This document shows, piece by piece, positions 11,001 through 23,929 of a DNA stretch of 64,000 bases. Made by a program: the position numbers and the translations under genes. Source of the stretch: Macrostomum lignano (taxonomy: Eukaryota); contig NIVC01000110.1 of the NCBI GenBank assembly GCA_002269645.1, forward strand, positions 372,001-436,000. Reading direction: 5' to 3'. Within the stretch, counting starts at the first letter, position 1; the number at the start of each line of letters is the position of its first letter. The notes below the pieces were generated by a model that made no database searches, had not been told where the DNA came from, and saw only the letters and a program-made list of their open reading frames with translations.

Positions 11001-11069
11001 AATCTTGCCTGTCCTACTTGCAAGCGAATAATTTACTCTTCGTCACACCCACACAAATGTATGTATTAA
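8068..11069 (+). CDS. Paralogous HOIP-related zinc-finger protein (about 1000 aa if repaired) with a 1-nt frameshift at 9691-9695; pseudogene or assembly error
   Basis: ORFs 8068-9873 and 9840-11069 join when one base is restored at CAG CCCCC GAG (paralog: CAG CCTTCT GAG). The 3' two-thirds are colinear with 4072-6375 and end in the same HKCMY-stop; AATAAA lies at about 11136. Confidence 0.8.
8794..9345 (+). repeat. Coding 27-bp tandem repeat (RERDSGQPM family), about 21 more-diverged units
   Basis: Same unit as 4303-4700 with more substitutions. Confidence 0.93.
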
Positions 11070-11800
11070 CTTTTTTCGACTAGATACTTGTGATCCCTTT
11101 ATCACTTAAATTTACTGTGCATATGCATGGTGTTTAATAAACGTTTATATTTTGAATATTTTTCTTAGAAATCGCTATATTTTGACCCTGAGTTTAGATT
11201 TTTACCCTGTATTGTTAGTATCCCAGGGAAAAAATATCAATCCTGAAAGCCCATCTAGGAGATATACTATCGATGATCTACTTGAAGTAGCCTAAGACAT
11301 CAGCAACCCAAATAACCAATCATTTGGGCTTTAACCCAAACTCTCCCTTTTGATCTGCGAGTTCCTTTGGCTTGGCCTACCAAGAACTTCCAATGGATCA
11401 TGCACAAAAATTTGTAAATGGAATTTTTAAGCAAACGGTCCTTCCATAACTTTCTATAAGAAATGCCTTATGTGAACTGAAATTAGTGAAATATGATTTA
11501 TTTGTTATTCTATTCTTTTTTCTACGTGCATGAACGAACATTATTCACATCGCTTTTATTAACTTTGATGCTTCCTGGGTTTCTAAGACAACTACTTTCA
11601 TGAAACATTTTGTTTTAAATGAGAGCCCTATTTTTATTTTTATTTATGGTGCGTTTTACTCAGTATATTGATTTAGGCCGACTTTTCGGCTTTAAAAACT
11701 TTTACCCAGGGCATGTTGTTCCTTTTTTAATTCTCAACCTGCTTTTCTGTTATAGTGAGCATTCGCTCTCTGACGAGACTTCATGCAGTAGAAAAAAATA

Positions 11801-12192
11801 CAGGGTGTCCCATAAGTAACTTTACAACTTGTTTCGTTAATAACTTTGTTATTAATGCTTGGATCCCAACCAGATTTTAGCATAGGAAAATATATAGAAA
11901 AGGGACTTTTTTACACCAAAAGCATGTTCATATCAGGCCCAGATTTCGCCTGAGACGCTTACCAAAGCCCTGCTGTACTTTTCCGCGGCGGCTGAAGGCC
12001 TGCCTTACAAACGGCGGTGGCCACATCGAAGGACCCTGAACGGACTGTATTTTTTAACGTACGAACATGCTTTTGGTGTCAAAGAAATCCCTTTTCTATA
12101 TATTTTCCTATGCTAAAATCTGGTGGGGATCCAAGCATTAATCACAGAGTTATTCACGAAACAAGTTGTAAAGTTACTTATGGGACACCCTG
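11801..12192. mobile_element. Non-autonomous Tc1/mariner-superfamily element (MITE-like deletion derivative), about 392 bp
   Basis: About 130-bp TIRs (11801 CAGGGTGTCCCATAAGTAACTTTACAAC... and its reverse complement ending 12192); TA on both flanks, with one extra G on the right; absent from the paralogous site near 7190; internal remnant CCTFPRRLKACLTNGGGHIEGP* at 11971-12039. Confidence 0.9.
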
Positions 12193-13739
12193 GTATTATT
12201 TATCTTTTTCTACGGATTCACTATATTTTTCTTAGTAGTTTTTTTCTCTATTTTTGTTGAATAACGTTCCACGATTAGTTTTAGACACAAATGCACTTTG
12301 GCCTTCTTATTTCTTATTTTACTATATATTGACGAGTGGGAATTCCGTTTGCCTCGTATTGAATAGTTATCTGGGGAAGAACCATATTCTAAGAATTAGG
12401 TGCGATCGCTATTTGCTTAAAGAATTCAGCTGGACGCTAAATACCATATTCGCATTTCTCCTCCGGTTTTTTAGTCCCTCATTGAGTTCCTCTGTGTCAA
12501 AGTACGCCACCCTCCTACTACTAATCCTGATGTAAGTTTAATCACATTTGCCTCGCCTTGTAGCCCTAAATTCGTTAAATTCTATTTTTGTCTGCCCTTA
12601 TCTGTCTCTGAAATTATATTTATTTTCGAATGATCTCACGCTTTCCTATGAATTTTACGAATATTCTTGAGTTTTTGTGTTTTTCTGCTACTCTCGAAAG
12701 CACGAGTCGGCGAGCTCCCGACTGGGGGAGAACTGGGGAGTCGCAGCTTCTGTCAGAGTTCACCTACTGATAAGTAGACAGTATAGAGTGTGGTACAAAA
12801 AGCTTGCCCTGCGGGCAAAGAATATAAATGTCTCGGTACGATCGAGTATGAGATTATACTATAAGTAGTTCTGTTCAACTTTAAACAACAAAATTAATAA
12901 TGGTCAAAGTACACCGAAGCGCGTGTACGAGCTATTGATAATATAAAGTATTGATTTGGAGCTTTCTGTTTATTTCACGTATACATATGTATTTTTGTTT
13001 TAAACGAACCAAAAGTTTAGTATGAATAAACGCAAATTTTGTCAGGATCAGAGCCTAGTATTTTTCAACTAAATATTGAGAAGTGTGTTCAAGACTCGGT
13101 GAATTTTTCAAAGAGTGAAGTAGATCGGAAACATGCCGTATATACTACTGTATAAGTAGAATCAAAGTGTCAACGAAGATATCAAAGGATACATGTACAG
13201 TATTAAGGTTATGTCAGCCTTTTAATCCCGGTGACGCCAAAATGACTCGATGGTTGAAGAGATTTAAAGGCAACTAAGATGTGCTCAACTTTGAAAATTT
13301 ATAGTTCAGTTTGTATCGTGTACTTTAATTTACAGAAACAAACCAAAAGATTTATTACACTGCATACATTATAAGAGAAAAACTGGTGTCTTACGCGCAC
13401 TGTAAGAAAAGAGCAATTTCAAGTCAAGGAAGACTGTCTCTCTATATCTATGGCGAGCAAAAACAAGACTACGTGCTACATACATGTACACCAGATTTGC
13501 ACTAGAATTTACTAATGGCCAAATTTTGTCTACGGGACATAATACTATCCTTTACAGTAGCTTACGCGCAAATGTTTAAACTCCCAATTATGCGACAAAA
13601 CGAAGCATATTCTGTAAATTTTCTATGTTCCGCTGCGCACTTTTTGAATTTAAATAAACAAAAGAGTAAACCAAAAGTTTTGTTTTTAAATAGTCACAGA
13701 TGAATTTTATTAATGGTTACGAGGGTAGAGATAGTTATA

Positions 13740-14982
13740 TTCGGTTGTCAAGAAAGTTCCCGGCAATTCTCGAAAATTCTACGGCGCAGTTTAATGGAAA
13801 GTTCTAGAAACCTGGCGCATGTGGGTATATATAGGGGGTGTGAGTGTGCATATTTTCCAGCTTTTCACTCATCCAGCGACTATTAACATGGCAGCAAATA
13901 AGTTACTGCAAAAATCTTCTATTCGCATTTGCTTACTGTATGACTTTAAATCTGGCCTGAGCGGCACCGAATCCAGTCGCCGTATCAATGCTGCATTCGG
14001 CGAAGGTACCGTGTCTGTGTCAACAACCAACGACTGGTTTCGACGATTCCGCGCTGGCGACGAATCCATCGAAGATCAGCCACGATCGGGTAGGCCTTCC
14101 AAAGTTGATGACGAAGAAATCGGCGCCATGGTGGAAGCTGACCGCATCTGACAACACGTGAAATAGCGGCTACCCTTGGGGTGTCTCATACAACCGTATT
14201 CAACAAACTGCGTGCCATTGGCAAGGTTTCAAAACTCGACAAGTGGGTGCCCCACGACCTCAGCAACTTTGACCGTCAGCGGCGGGCGGAGGCGGCAACT
14301 TCATTGCTCTCGTTCCGGCGTACCACAGCTTGGCTGGAGTCCACTGTGACTGGAGATGAGAAATGGGTGCTCTACGTCAATGAGAAGCGCCGACAATCTT
14401 GGGTCTCTGAGAATCAACCACCGCAGCATCATCCGAAACCGGAGTTGCAGGGTCATGCTGTCTGTATGGTGGGACAGCAAAGGTATCCTGTACTACGAGC
14501 TGCTTCCTCGCAACACCACCGTCACAGCCGAGGTCTACTGCCAACAACTGCAGAAGGTGGCTGAGAAAATCGACGAACTGCGTCCAGGGCACGGCAAAGT
14601 TCGTTTCCTTCACGACAACGCCCGACCACATACGGCTAAGGTGACCCGCCAGAAATTGCTGCAACTGGGGTGGGAGATTCTCCCACACCCACCATATTCT
14701 CCCGACCTTGCACCATCCGATTACCACCTGTTTCGGCCATGAGCAACAGCTTGCGCGGTCAGAGCTTTGTTGATGACAATGAAGTCAATCAATGGCTCAA
14801 AAACTTCTTAAATCGAAGCCAGCTAGTTTCTATAGTGATGGTATCAAAAGTCTGCCAGAAAAATGGCAGAAGGTCATTGACCCAGATGGGGACTATTTTG
14901 ATATTTGATGCGATTCAGCATTTAAAAAAACTCGGGCTGATGGAACATTGTAGAATTGCCAGGAACTTTCTTGACAACCGAA
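13740..14982 (+). mobile_element. Full-length mariner (DD34D) DNA transposon, 1243 bp
   Basis: 31-bp TIRs TTCGGTTGTCAAGAAAGTTCC(C/T)GGCAATTCT with one mismatch; TA at 13738-39 and 14983-84. Confidence 0.95.
13888..14908 (+). pseudogene. Mariner transposase with four frameshifts
   Basis: HTH region WFRRFRAGDESIEDQPRSGRP, linker WVPHDL, catalytic TGDEKW / HDNARPH / YSPDLAPSDYHLF. Frame breaks near 14146, 14450, 14738 and 14808; repaired C-terminus ...LPEKWQKVIDPDGDYFDI*. Confidence 0.93.
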
Positions 14983-16263
14983 TATTGTCGTGGGCTCTTG
15001 ACAACAAATTATTTAAAACAAATACTTCGTACAACTGGAATAGTTACGAATATCTTTCAAATGGAATCAGTTTTTTATCGTGACTATTTTTACAGGAACT
15101 GTTTGTATAGACAGTAAGCTTTTCTAAAATTAGGACTAGGATATATACTGTTTTTGATTCGATCAGAAAGCAACCAAGTACTTTTTTTCAGTGCAATGGC
15201 ACTCATGGGAGAAGTTGTTATAGTTGCTAATCAATGCATGTATTTATTAAATTTTCTAGTTTATTAATTATCAAAGTCGCAGGGTTTGATAAATCTACAA
15301 CTCAGTTTTCTTCAAAACCGAATCAATACTTCTAAGGGAGATTGTAAAATACCTAATAAAGAGACAAGTATAGAGAAACTTCTATCTATCAATTTATAGC
15401 ATCCACCAGCAGCAGCCACATGCTGATATTCAAAATCCTCTCATAAACTGCGCGCTCTTGCCATTAAGACTGGTGGAGTAGACAGGCTATGGGGCTTGGC
15501 TATATAAGAGATTTCAGTTGGAAGAAATCTGTGCCAAGGAATTCTAGAACTAAGAAACTGGAATACCAGCTGGAAGCTGCACCATCAGATAAAATCCGTC
15601 AATAAAAACAATTCCTTGTTTTGCAGTTAATCTCACGGAAAAAATCGCTTAAAATTTTGAATTTAAGTTTAAAATAAAAACTTAATTTTAAATTTTATTT
15701 AAAAATCTCATGTGTTTTCTTTGTTGAGATTTCGGAATGTTTTAAAATTTGATTCACAACAATAAAAATTGTAATCAGGCACAGCAATTCGCCTTTCTGC
15801 TCGCCTATAGTTGCTATTCCAGACTCTTAGTTCCAGAACTCCTTGGCCTGGGACTGCACAGGCATATCGATTGTCTTCAATCCCTTCTGGACTGCTGCCA
15901 GATAGTTGGTTGGTTCTGCTCTGCATGCCCTGCCTTTTGAGTCCCCGAAGGGCATCCGATAGCTGCTGGGACGGTTAGATGCAGGCGAAAACTCTGTGTT
16001 CGTCTCATGCAGACATGCAGCTAGATGATGCTTTTCTTCTGCCTCAGAATCTGCCTCCCTGTCTCACAGGGCAGCCATGGTTCTTCGTTTTCAATATTTT
16101 GAATCAACGACTCTCGCACTTCTGTAAATACTATGCTATCGAATCTTTGTGAGTCTCTATATACAGCGGCACCCTTTGTAAGTCTCTTGTCATATGCAGT
16201 TATTTGATATACTGTCATCCTGTGTGTCTTTTCCGCCAGGCCTGTCCGTATTCAGAGTTTGTA

Positions 16264-16675
<412 letters not shown>

Positions 16676-17288
16676 ACTTTCAATTATTAAAAGTTGGCTT
16701 CCCACGATGGCATTGCAAACGAGATTTTAGTGTCTATATATGTGCTCTACAGAATTCTTCCTTTCTCACTGTCCATGTGCCCCTTATAAAACCTTGCAAC
16801 TGTCTTTATTATTCAAAGCGTAAATATTTCCCAATAGTAGGCCTATATGTTTCATTCTGAATATAATTTCGCCTTGAAGTCACGTGTAGACAGAATTTAA
16901 GCAACTCATCATTTGGTATATAGCAACTGTAGTAATGAATATTCGACATGCCGAACTGGATTCTGGCTGCATGTTGTGTTTGAAATATAAAACTCGACAA
17001 AATAGTAATTGGCCCGGTTCTGCAGTCTGTCACGAACAGAGGGGCTCTCTGTAGCGGTTTTTCTTCATCGGTTGCCTGACTAACGAAAGTGAAAGAAGCG
17101 GTTGACAGCGAAATACTGAATCCTAAATTTCTGAATTGTGTGAATTTCACTAGAGACCCATTCTCAATTGAAAAATTAATCACCAAAATATAGAAAGTCA
17201 TTTTTCGTTTTTACGCTCGCAGCATCAAACTGACGATATTTTACAATATCTCCATGAATTCTATGAAATTGCATGGTCATAGACTTCC

Positions 17289-18180
17289 ACAATGGCAGAT
17301 TTTGTCTATGGTTTTGGAGTCAGACAATGGCAGATTGTGTCTGTATTGGTTCTGGAGTCAGACAATGGCAGATTGTGTCTGTTTCTGAAGTCAGACATGG
17401 CAGATTGTGTCTGTATTGGTTCCGGAGTCAGAAAATGGCAGATTGTGTCTGTATTGGTTGTGGAGTCAGACAATGGCAGATTGTGTGTTGTGTCTGTATT
17501 GGTTGTGGAGTCAGACAATGGCAGATTGTGTCTGTATTGGTTGTGGAGTCAGACAATGGCAGATTGTGTCTGTATTGGTTGTGGAGTCAGACAATGGCAG
17601 ATTGTGTCTATGGTTCTGGAGTCAGACAATGGCAGATTGTGTCTATGGTTCTGGAGTCAGACAATGGCAGATTGTGTCTATGGTTCTGGAGTCAGACAAT
17701 GGCAGATTGTGTCTATGGTTGTGGAGTTAAACAATGGCAGATTGTGTCTATGGTTCTGGAGTCAGACAATGGCAGATTGTGTCTATGGTTGTGGAGTCAG
17801 ACAATGGCAGATTGTGTCTATGGTTGTGGAGTCAGACAATGGCAGATTGTGTCTATGGTTGTGGAGTCAGACAATGGCAGATTGTGTCTAAGGTTGTGGA
17901 GTCAGACAATGGCAGATTGTGTCTATGGTTCTAGAGTCAGACAACAGCCGATTGTCTCTATGGCTTTAGAATCAGACAACGGCAGACTGTGTCTATGGTT
18001 CTGGAGTCAGAAAATGGCAGATTGTGTCTAAGGTTGTGGAGTCAGACAATGGCAGATTGTGTCTAAGGTTGTGGAGTCAGACAATGGCAGATTGTGTCTA
18101 TGGTTCTGGAGTCAGACAATGGCAGATTGTGTCTATGGTTCTGGAGTCAGACAATGGCGGATTGTGTCTATGGTTATGGA
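17289..18180. repeat. 35-bp minisatellite (38-bp variants) GTCTATGGTTCTGGAGTCAGACAATGGCAGATTGT
   Basis: Head-to-tail units with no spacers. Confidence 0.96.
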
Positions 18181-18514
18181 CATTGTCTATGACGGAACCA
18201 TATGCACAAGCACATTTTCTAACAAATGTATTTCTAGTAGCATTTCTAGGATTATATTCGATTGTTAAACTACAATTGCATTCTTTAAAAGTACTGTAAG
18301 ATTGCATGTAAGAAAGAGAGAAATTGGGGTGAAGCATACGGGGTTAAGAGACCAAAGTTTGTAATTCTGAGGTCAAGAAGGACTCCTATATGGCAAACAG
18401 AGTGCACAACCTCAATGTCTAGCCTTCTATATACCTCAAGGATGCCAACGAGTTGCAACCCCTTCTTAAGCCATTGTTTGCCCTTCTCTGGCAGTCTCTT
18501 TCTGTTTCTTGCTT

Positions 18515-18585
<71 letters not shown>
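18515..18585. repeat. (CT)n microsatellite
   Basis: Read directly from the sequence. Confidence 0.97.
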
Positions 18586-18588
<3 letters not shown>

Positions 18589-19712
18589 CTGAGCACTTTC
18601 TTTTCTTGCCCACATAGAGACGCGGTTTTTATAACAAGAATCCACTTCGAACCATCAAATAAGAAATTATCCAGATGAATATCAGCACGCTAAATTGAAC
18701 TCTGAAAAAAGTTCGATTCCTTCTGAGGCCTGCCTTGTCGATGCGCTGAAATTTGATCGCGACAGAAAATCGAAATTCTCTGCATCGGCTTGGATTTCGT
18801 AAATATTCAAACTCGACACGATCTTTAAATCCCAGAAATAGAACAGCGGAATTCGATTACACTAGTAGATTATAAACAATAACTTAATGCCAGAGGTCAA
18901 AAAACTGATCTGTGGAATGTTGAAAAAATGGCGTATTCACTTTTGCAGCTTTCGGCAGGGCAGGACAGCTAGCTAGCCGAATGCCTGGCGAAATCTGCTT
19001 TCCTCATCTCTTGCAGAAGAGAAAACAGAAGAGAAGGGAGCTCGTGCAACAGCTGGTGACTGGCCAAAACCAGTCCGCAGTCCTGAGCCACGCAAGGGAA
19101 GCCCTGCAATGTCAGTGCAGCTTAGCCAGCTTCTCGATTCCTTCAGGTCGTTAGCTTATTCACGACTGTCGCGTCGCTGAGGACGCCTCCTCTCTTTTCC
19201 CCGTTGCGAAAGTCTCTTATTAACCTCGAATCCGTCAGCCTGCCTGTGCCCCGCTCCCTGTCCAGAATCTGTCATGCCGCAGTTGAAGAAAAAACACCCA
19301 AAAAAGCAACACACTAACAACTGCAAAGTATAGAAGCAATGACTGGCGGCGTTTTTTTCTTCGGCTAGAATTTTTTCCCATTCTTTCCTCGACTTTCCTC
19401 TTCTATCCTAAGCCGGGTTGTTGCTTCAGTTCTGCTGCGTTGTGTTACCTTTCACGACTTGTCAGTTCGCTGCCTCCGATGGTGGCAGAAATCTCAGGCA
19501 GCGCTAATATCAGACAGCTTGCAGTCTGGTTGGTGGATGCAACACCGAGCCGCATGAATGATGACGCGCACTGGAGGCAGCTGGCTAGCCTGACTGTTGG
19601 CCCATTGACTCGCTTGGCAACTGTCAAGACTTGTCCAGACTTGACCGCTGAAGTTTACGAACTTTCTAGAAGAAGAAGAAAACCCCAGGATGTTTGCCTT
19701 GCGTACCGGTGC

Positions 19713-19765
19713 TCCCAGGCACCAGGCACCAGGCCCAGGCACGAGGCACCAGGCCCAGGCACCAG
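19713..19765. repeat. Short (CCAGGCA)n-like tandem repeat
   Basis: ccaggcaccaggcaccaggcccaggcacgaggcaccaggcccaggcaccag. Confidence 0.75.
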
Positions 19766-20340
19766 ATTTTTGTATTTTCTCTTGATATTTTGGTACACAC
19801 GAAGAGGCCGTCTGGGCCCTGTCATAAATACACGTAGATCATAAAACGGCAGAGCATGTTGCAGTCTTGTTTAGCCAGGCTTCTGGCCAGTAGCCATTGA
19901 AGTTGGGTCCATGCAACAGCCATACCGGTAAAATGCTCTTTCCTTGTTTTCGAATTTAAACAAAATTGTAAAACAGGGTCTGCGCCTCTCGCCAGTCTAA
20001 TTGGGGAACTCGATACTCTGTTCACTTATCTTTACCGTACTTTAACTGCGTTTTCGTTAGCTTGGTTCTTTAAAATGGCAGAGTTGAAAGCGATGCATCT
20101 TTGCTGGCGCTGGCTGGCTTTTAAATTAGGAGTTTAAAAAAGTTCACAGTTAGTCTGAAATTTATCGGTTATTATTTTTCAGCAAGATTATCGCGACTCA
20201 TGAGGGCATATGAGGACATTGCAGTGGGCCATGATTTGTCATGTCTTGCATTGGGCAACACTTTTGGCAGCTGTGGCGTACGTAGCTGAGTGTGGCGTAA
20301 GAGTGGGAGCCTGCTGCTTCACTCCCTCCGATCAAAAGGC

Positions 20341-22212
20341 AAGGGCGCCCACCAAAAGACAGGGGCGCACACCAAGAGACAGGGGCGCCCACCAAGAGAC
20401 AGGGGCGCACACCAAGAGACAGGGGCGCACACCAAGAGACAGGGGCGCACACCAAGAGACAGGGGCGCACACCAAGAGACAGGGGCGCACACCAAGAGAC
20501 AGGGGCGCACACCAAAAGACAGGGGCGCACACCAAAAGACAGGGGCGCACACCAAGAGACAGGGGCGCCAACCAAGAGACAGGGGCGCCCACCAAGAGAC
20601 AGGGGCGCCCACCAAGAGACAGGGGCGCACACCAAGAGACAGGGGCGCCAACCAAGAGACAGGGGCGCACACCAAGAGACAGGGGCGCACACCAAGAGAC
20701 AGGGGCGCCCATCAAGAGACAGGGGCGCCCACCTAAGAGACAGGGGCGCCCACCAAGAGACAGGGGCGCCAACCAAGAGACAGGGGCGCCCAGCATGAGA
20801 CAGGGGCGCTAATAAAAGACAGGGGCGCCCACCATAAGACAGGGGCGCCAACAAAGAGACAGGGGCGCCAACAAAGAGACAGGGGTGTCAACAAAGAGAC
20901 AGTGGCGCAAATAAAAGACAGGGGCGCCCACCCAGAGACAGGGGCGCCCACCAAGAGACAGGGGCGCCCACCATGAGACAGGGGCGCCCACCATGAGACA
21001 GGGGCGCCCACCGAGAGACAGGGCCCCAACCAAAAGACAGGGCGCCAACCCACCAAGAGACAGGGCCCCAATCAAAAGACAGGGCGCCAACCCACCAAGA
21101 GACAGGGGCGCCCACTAAGAGACAGGGGCGCCCACCCAGCGACAGGGGCGCCCACCAAGAGACAGTGGCGCAAATAAAAGACAGGGGCGCCCACCAAGAG
21201 ACAGTGGCGCAAATAAAAGACAGGGGCGCCCACCAAGAGACAGGGGCGCCCACCATGAGACAGGGGCGCCCACCAAGAGACAGTGGCACAAATAAAAGAC
21301 AGGGGCGCCCACCAAGAGACAACGGCGCCCACCATGAGACAGGGGCGCCCACCATGAGACAGGGGCGCCCACTAAGAGACAGGGGCGCCTACTAAGAAAC
21401 AGGGGCGCCCACCAAGAGACAGTGGCGCAAATAAAAGACAGGGGCGCCCACCAAGAGACAGGGGCGCCCACCATGAGACAGGGGCGCCCACCAAGAGACA
21501 GTGGCACAAATAAAAGACAGGGCGCCAACCCACCAAGAGACAGGGCCCCAATCAAAAGACAGGGCGCCAACCCACCAAGAGACAGGGGCGCCCACTAAGA
21601 GACAGGGGCGCCTACTAAGAGACAGGGGCGCCCACCAAGAGACAGTGGCGCAAATAAAAGACAGGGGCGCCCACCAAGAGACAATGGCGCAAATAAAAGA
21701 CAGAGGGCACCCACCAAGAGATAGGGTGCCCACCAAAAGACAGGGGGCGCCCACCAAGAGACAGGGGCGCCAACCAAGAGACAGGGGCACCCACTAAGAG
21801 ACAGGGGCGCCCACCAAGAGACAGGGGCGCCCACCAAGAGACAGGGGCGCCCACCAAGAGACAGGGGCGCCCATCAAAAGACAGGAACGCCCACCAAGAG
21901 ACAGAGGGCACCCACCAAGAGATTTGGGCGCCCACCAAGAGACAGGGGCGCCCAACTAGAGATGGGGGCGCCAACCAACAGACAGGGGCGCCCACCAAGA
22001 GACAGGGGCGCCCACCAAGAGACAGGGGCGCCCACCAAAAGACAGAGGCGCCCACAAAGAGACAGGGGCGCTTATCAAAAGACAGGAACGCCCACCAAGA
22101 GACAGAGGGCGCCCACCAAGAGACAGGCGCCCCAACCAAAAGACAGGGCGCCAACCCACCAAGAGACAGGGGCCCCAACCAAAAGACAGGGCGCCAACCC
22201 ACCAAAAGACAG
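20341..22212. repeat. 20-bp GC-rich minisatellite AGGGGCGCCCACCAAGAGAC
   Basis: About 1.9 kb of head-to-tail units with several variant classes. Confidence 0.96.
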
Positions 22213-22684
22213 GTTGTGGCCCATCCAATCGAAATTGCTGCGTACAGCACTATCTAACTCAAAGAGAAGCTCGACTGCAGAGTCAATTGCCGAAAATAAG
22301 ATTGGGTATTAATTTGTCCATTGTCTTTAAATGGATGCAATAAATTATTACTAGAGATTCTTGCAGAAGTTTTACATCACATTAAGTTTTCCTCTAGGGA
22401 AATCAATATTGTTTAATAGTGTTTTTTAAAAGGCTTTTATAGAGGCCAGACTACCATGTTGATTTGGTTACACGGGTATTTTTCTGTTAAAAGATGCTTA
22501 TATTTTAATAAGTTGATTGATTTTTGCTTTGACCAGCGTCTGTTTAATAATTACACTTCATTATAGACTCCAGAAAAGTATTCAGCATTTACGTAAGCAA
22601 AACTCTTTGCTGCAAGGTAATTATCTGTTACTTTATCATACTTAGGCCACTCCAGCCATTTCCTTACTCCCAAAATCAACTCCT

Positions 22685-22694
22685 AGCCAATCAG
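22685..22694 (+). promoter_or_regulatory. Candidate CCAAT (NF-Y) box upstream of GluCl exon 1A
   Basis: AGCCAATCAG about 230 nt upstream of ATG 22919; motif match only. Confidence 0.4.
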
Positions 22695-22918
22695 AACCGG
22701 GCAGATTCCTATTCCCAATTAACAGACATGAAAGGCTGACCCCTCTCTCGCACAGCCAACCAGCGGCCTTGAATCGGCTTGCAAACTGAAGAGCCTTCAA
22801 ATTGACGTTCTGATCTGTATTCTTTGCGACGCGACGTTCTGGGCTTGGCAAGTTTTCAACCAAACCAAACCAGCACTCTCGGATTAGAGAGAAAGTCGGC
22901 AACTTGCCCAACTGGCAC

Positions 22919-23883
22919 ATGGAGGTGCTGCAGCTGCAGGTGCTGTCGCTTCTCCTGGTGCTGCACCAGTTACTGCTGCTGCTGCCGCTGCAGGCCTCCG
23001 CACGCCAGCCGTCGTTGAACAACTACACAAACATCGTGGACAGAATAGTGGACTCGATCTTCCGCAACTACAATAAGCACCATCGTCCAGTGCCGATGAG
23101 TCGACAGTCGAAGGACGGCAAAATCGAAGAGGATCCAACAGCCGTTGACGTCAATATGAAGATCCTCAGCATCAACAAAGTTGACGTCATCAACATGGAG
23201 TTCACGCTGGACATGTACCTGCGACAGTTCTGGCAGGACGACCGGCTTCGATGGGACGACAAGGAGTACAGCTTCTACAATGACTCCATCGCGATTCCAG
23301 CTAAGAAGGACAACCTCTGGTTGCCGGATCTGTTCTTCCGGAACGGCAAGCAGGGCTATCTGCACGAGATGACGCAGCCGAACTATTTGATCAGAGTGGA
23401 TCCCAGCGGGAACATTCTCTATTCGCAGAAGGTCACAGTCAAATTCGCCTGCCAGATGCAGTTGCAGACGTTCCCGATGGACACGCAAATTTGCGATATG
23501 AACATCGGCAGCTACGGTTACACCACATCCAAGCTGCTGTTCCGGTGGAAGAAGGATGGCAACAAAGTGCCCGTTGAGCTGGGCGAAATGCAGATCTCAG
23601 AGTTTAATACGCCACGCGAAAAAGAGATTCAAGCGCTGGATTGCACCAAAGGTAGCGCAACTAGTACCGGAAGTTACGCCTGCTTGAAAGTGATCTTCAA
23701 GCTGGAACGACAGCTGGGTAGTTACCTTTCCAGTACCTACATACCTGCCATCCTGATCGTCACAGTTAGCTGGCTCAATTTCTGGATTAGCGTGGAAGCT
23801 GTGCCAGCCAGGGTGTCTCTGGGCGTGCTCACCTTGCTGGGCATACTCACCCAGGGCATGTCGGTTATTAACAATCTGCCCAG
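22919..23883 (+). CDS. GluCl: GluCl-type Cys-loop receptor, 5' exon 1A (signal peptide, ECD, M1, M2)
   Basis: Leu-rich signal peptide; loop D MYLRQFW; loop A WLPDLFFRNGK; Cys-loop CQMQLQTFPMDTQIC; loop C CTKGSATSTGSYAC; M1 YIPAILIVTVSWLNFW; anion-selective PAR motif; phase-2 donor AG|GTGAGT at 23883/23884. No dedicated M3-M4 exon was found before the next paralog. Confidence 0.9.
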
Positions 23884-23929
23884 GTGAGTCTGTCAATCTT
23901 TTCAGGAGTTAGGGTGGGCAGTCTCGGAA

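Larger units (their letters stand above)
4303..12822 (+). repeat. Tandem segmental duplication: about 4303-7850 versus about 8794-12822
   Basis: Coding and non-coding colinearity, e.g. 6708 ttaacccaaactctctctttgatctgtgagttcctttggcttggcc vs 11331; 7733 ctctcgaaagcacgagtcgg vs 12692; similarity ends at gggcaaagaa (7850 and 12822). Confidence 0.9.

Noticed and set aside
17262-17290. TTGCATG|GT resembling a flatworm SL exon/donor junction
   Set aside because: The upstream sequence does not resemble a spliced leader, and no Sm-binding site or stem-loops follow; it runs straight into a minisatellite.
17289-18180. CRISPR-like regularity of the 35-bp array (also the 31-bp array at 52320-53845)
   Set aside because: Units are head-to-tail with no unique spacers, no cas genes are present, and the context is eukaryotic; these are minisatellites.
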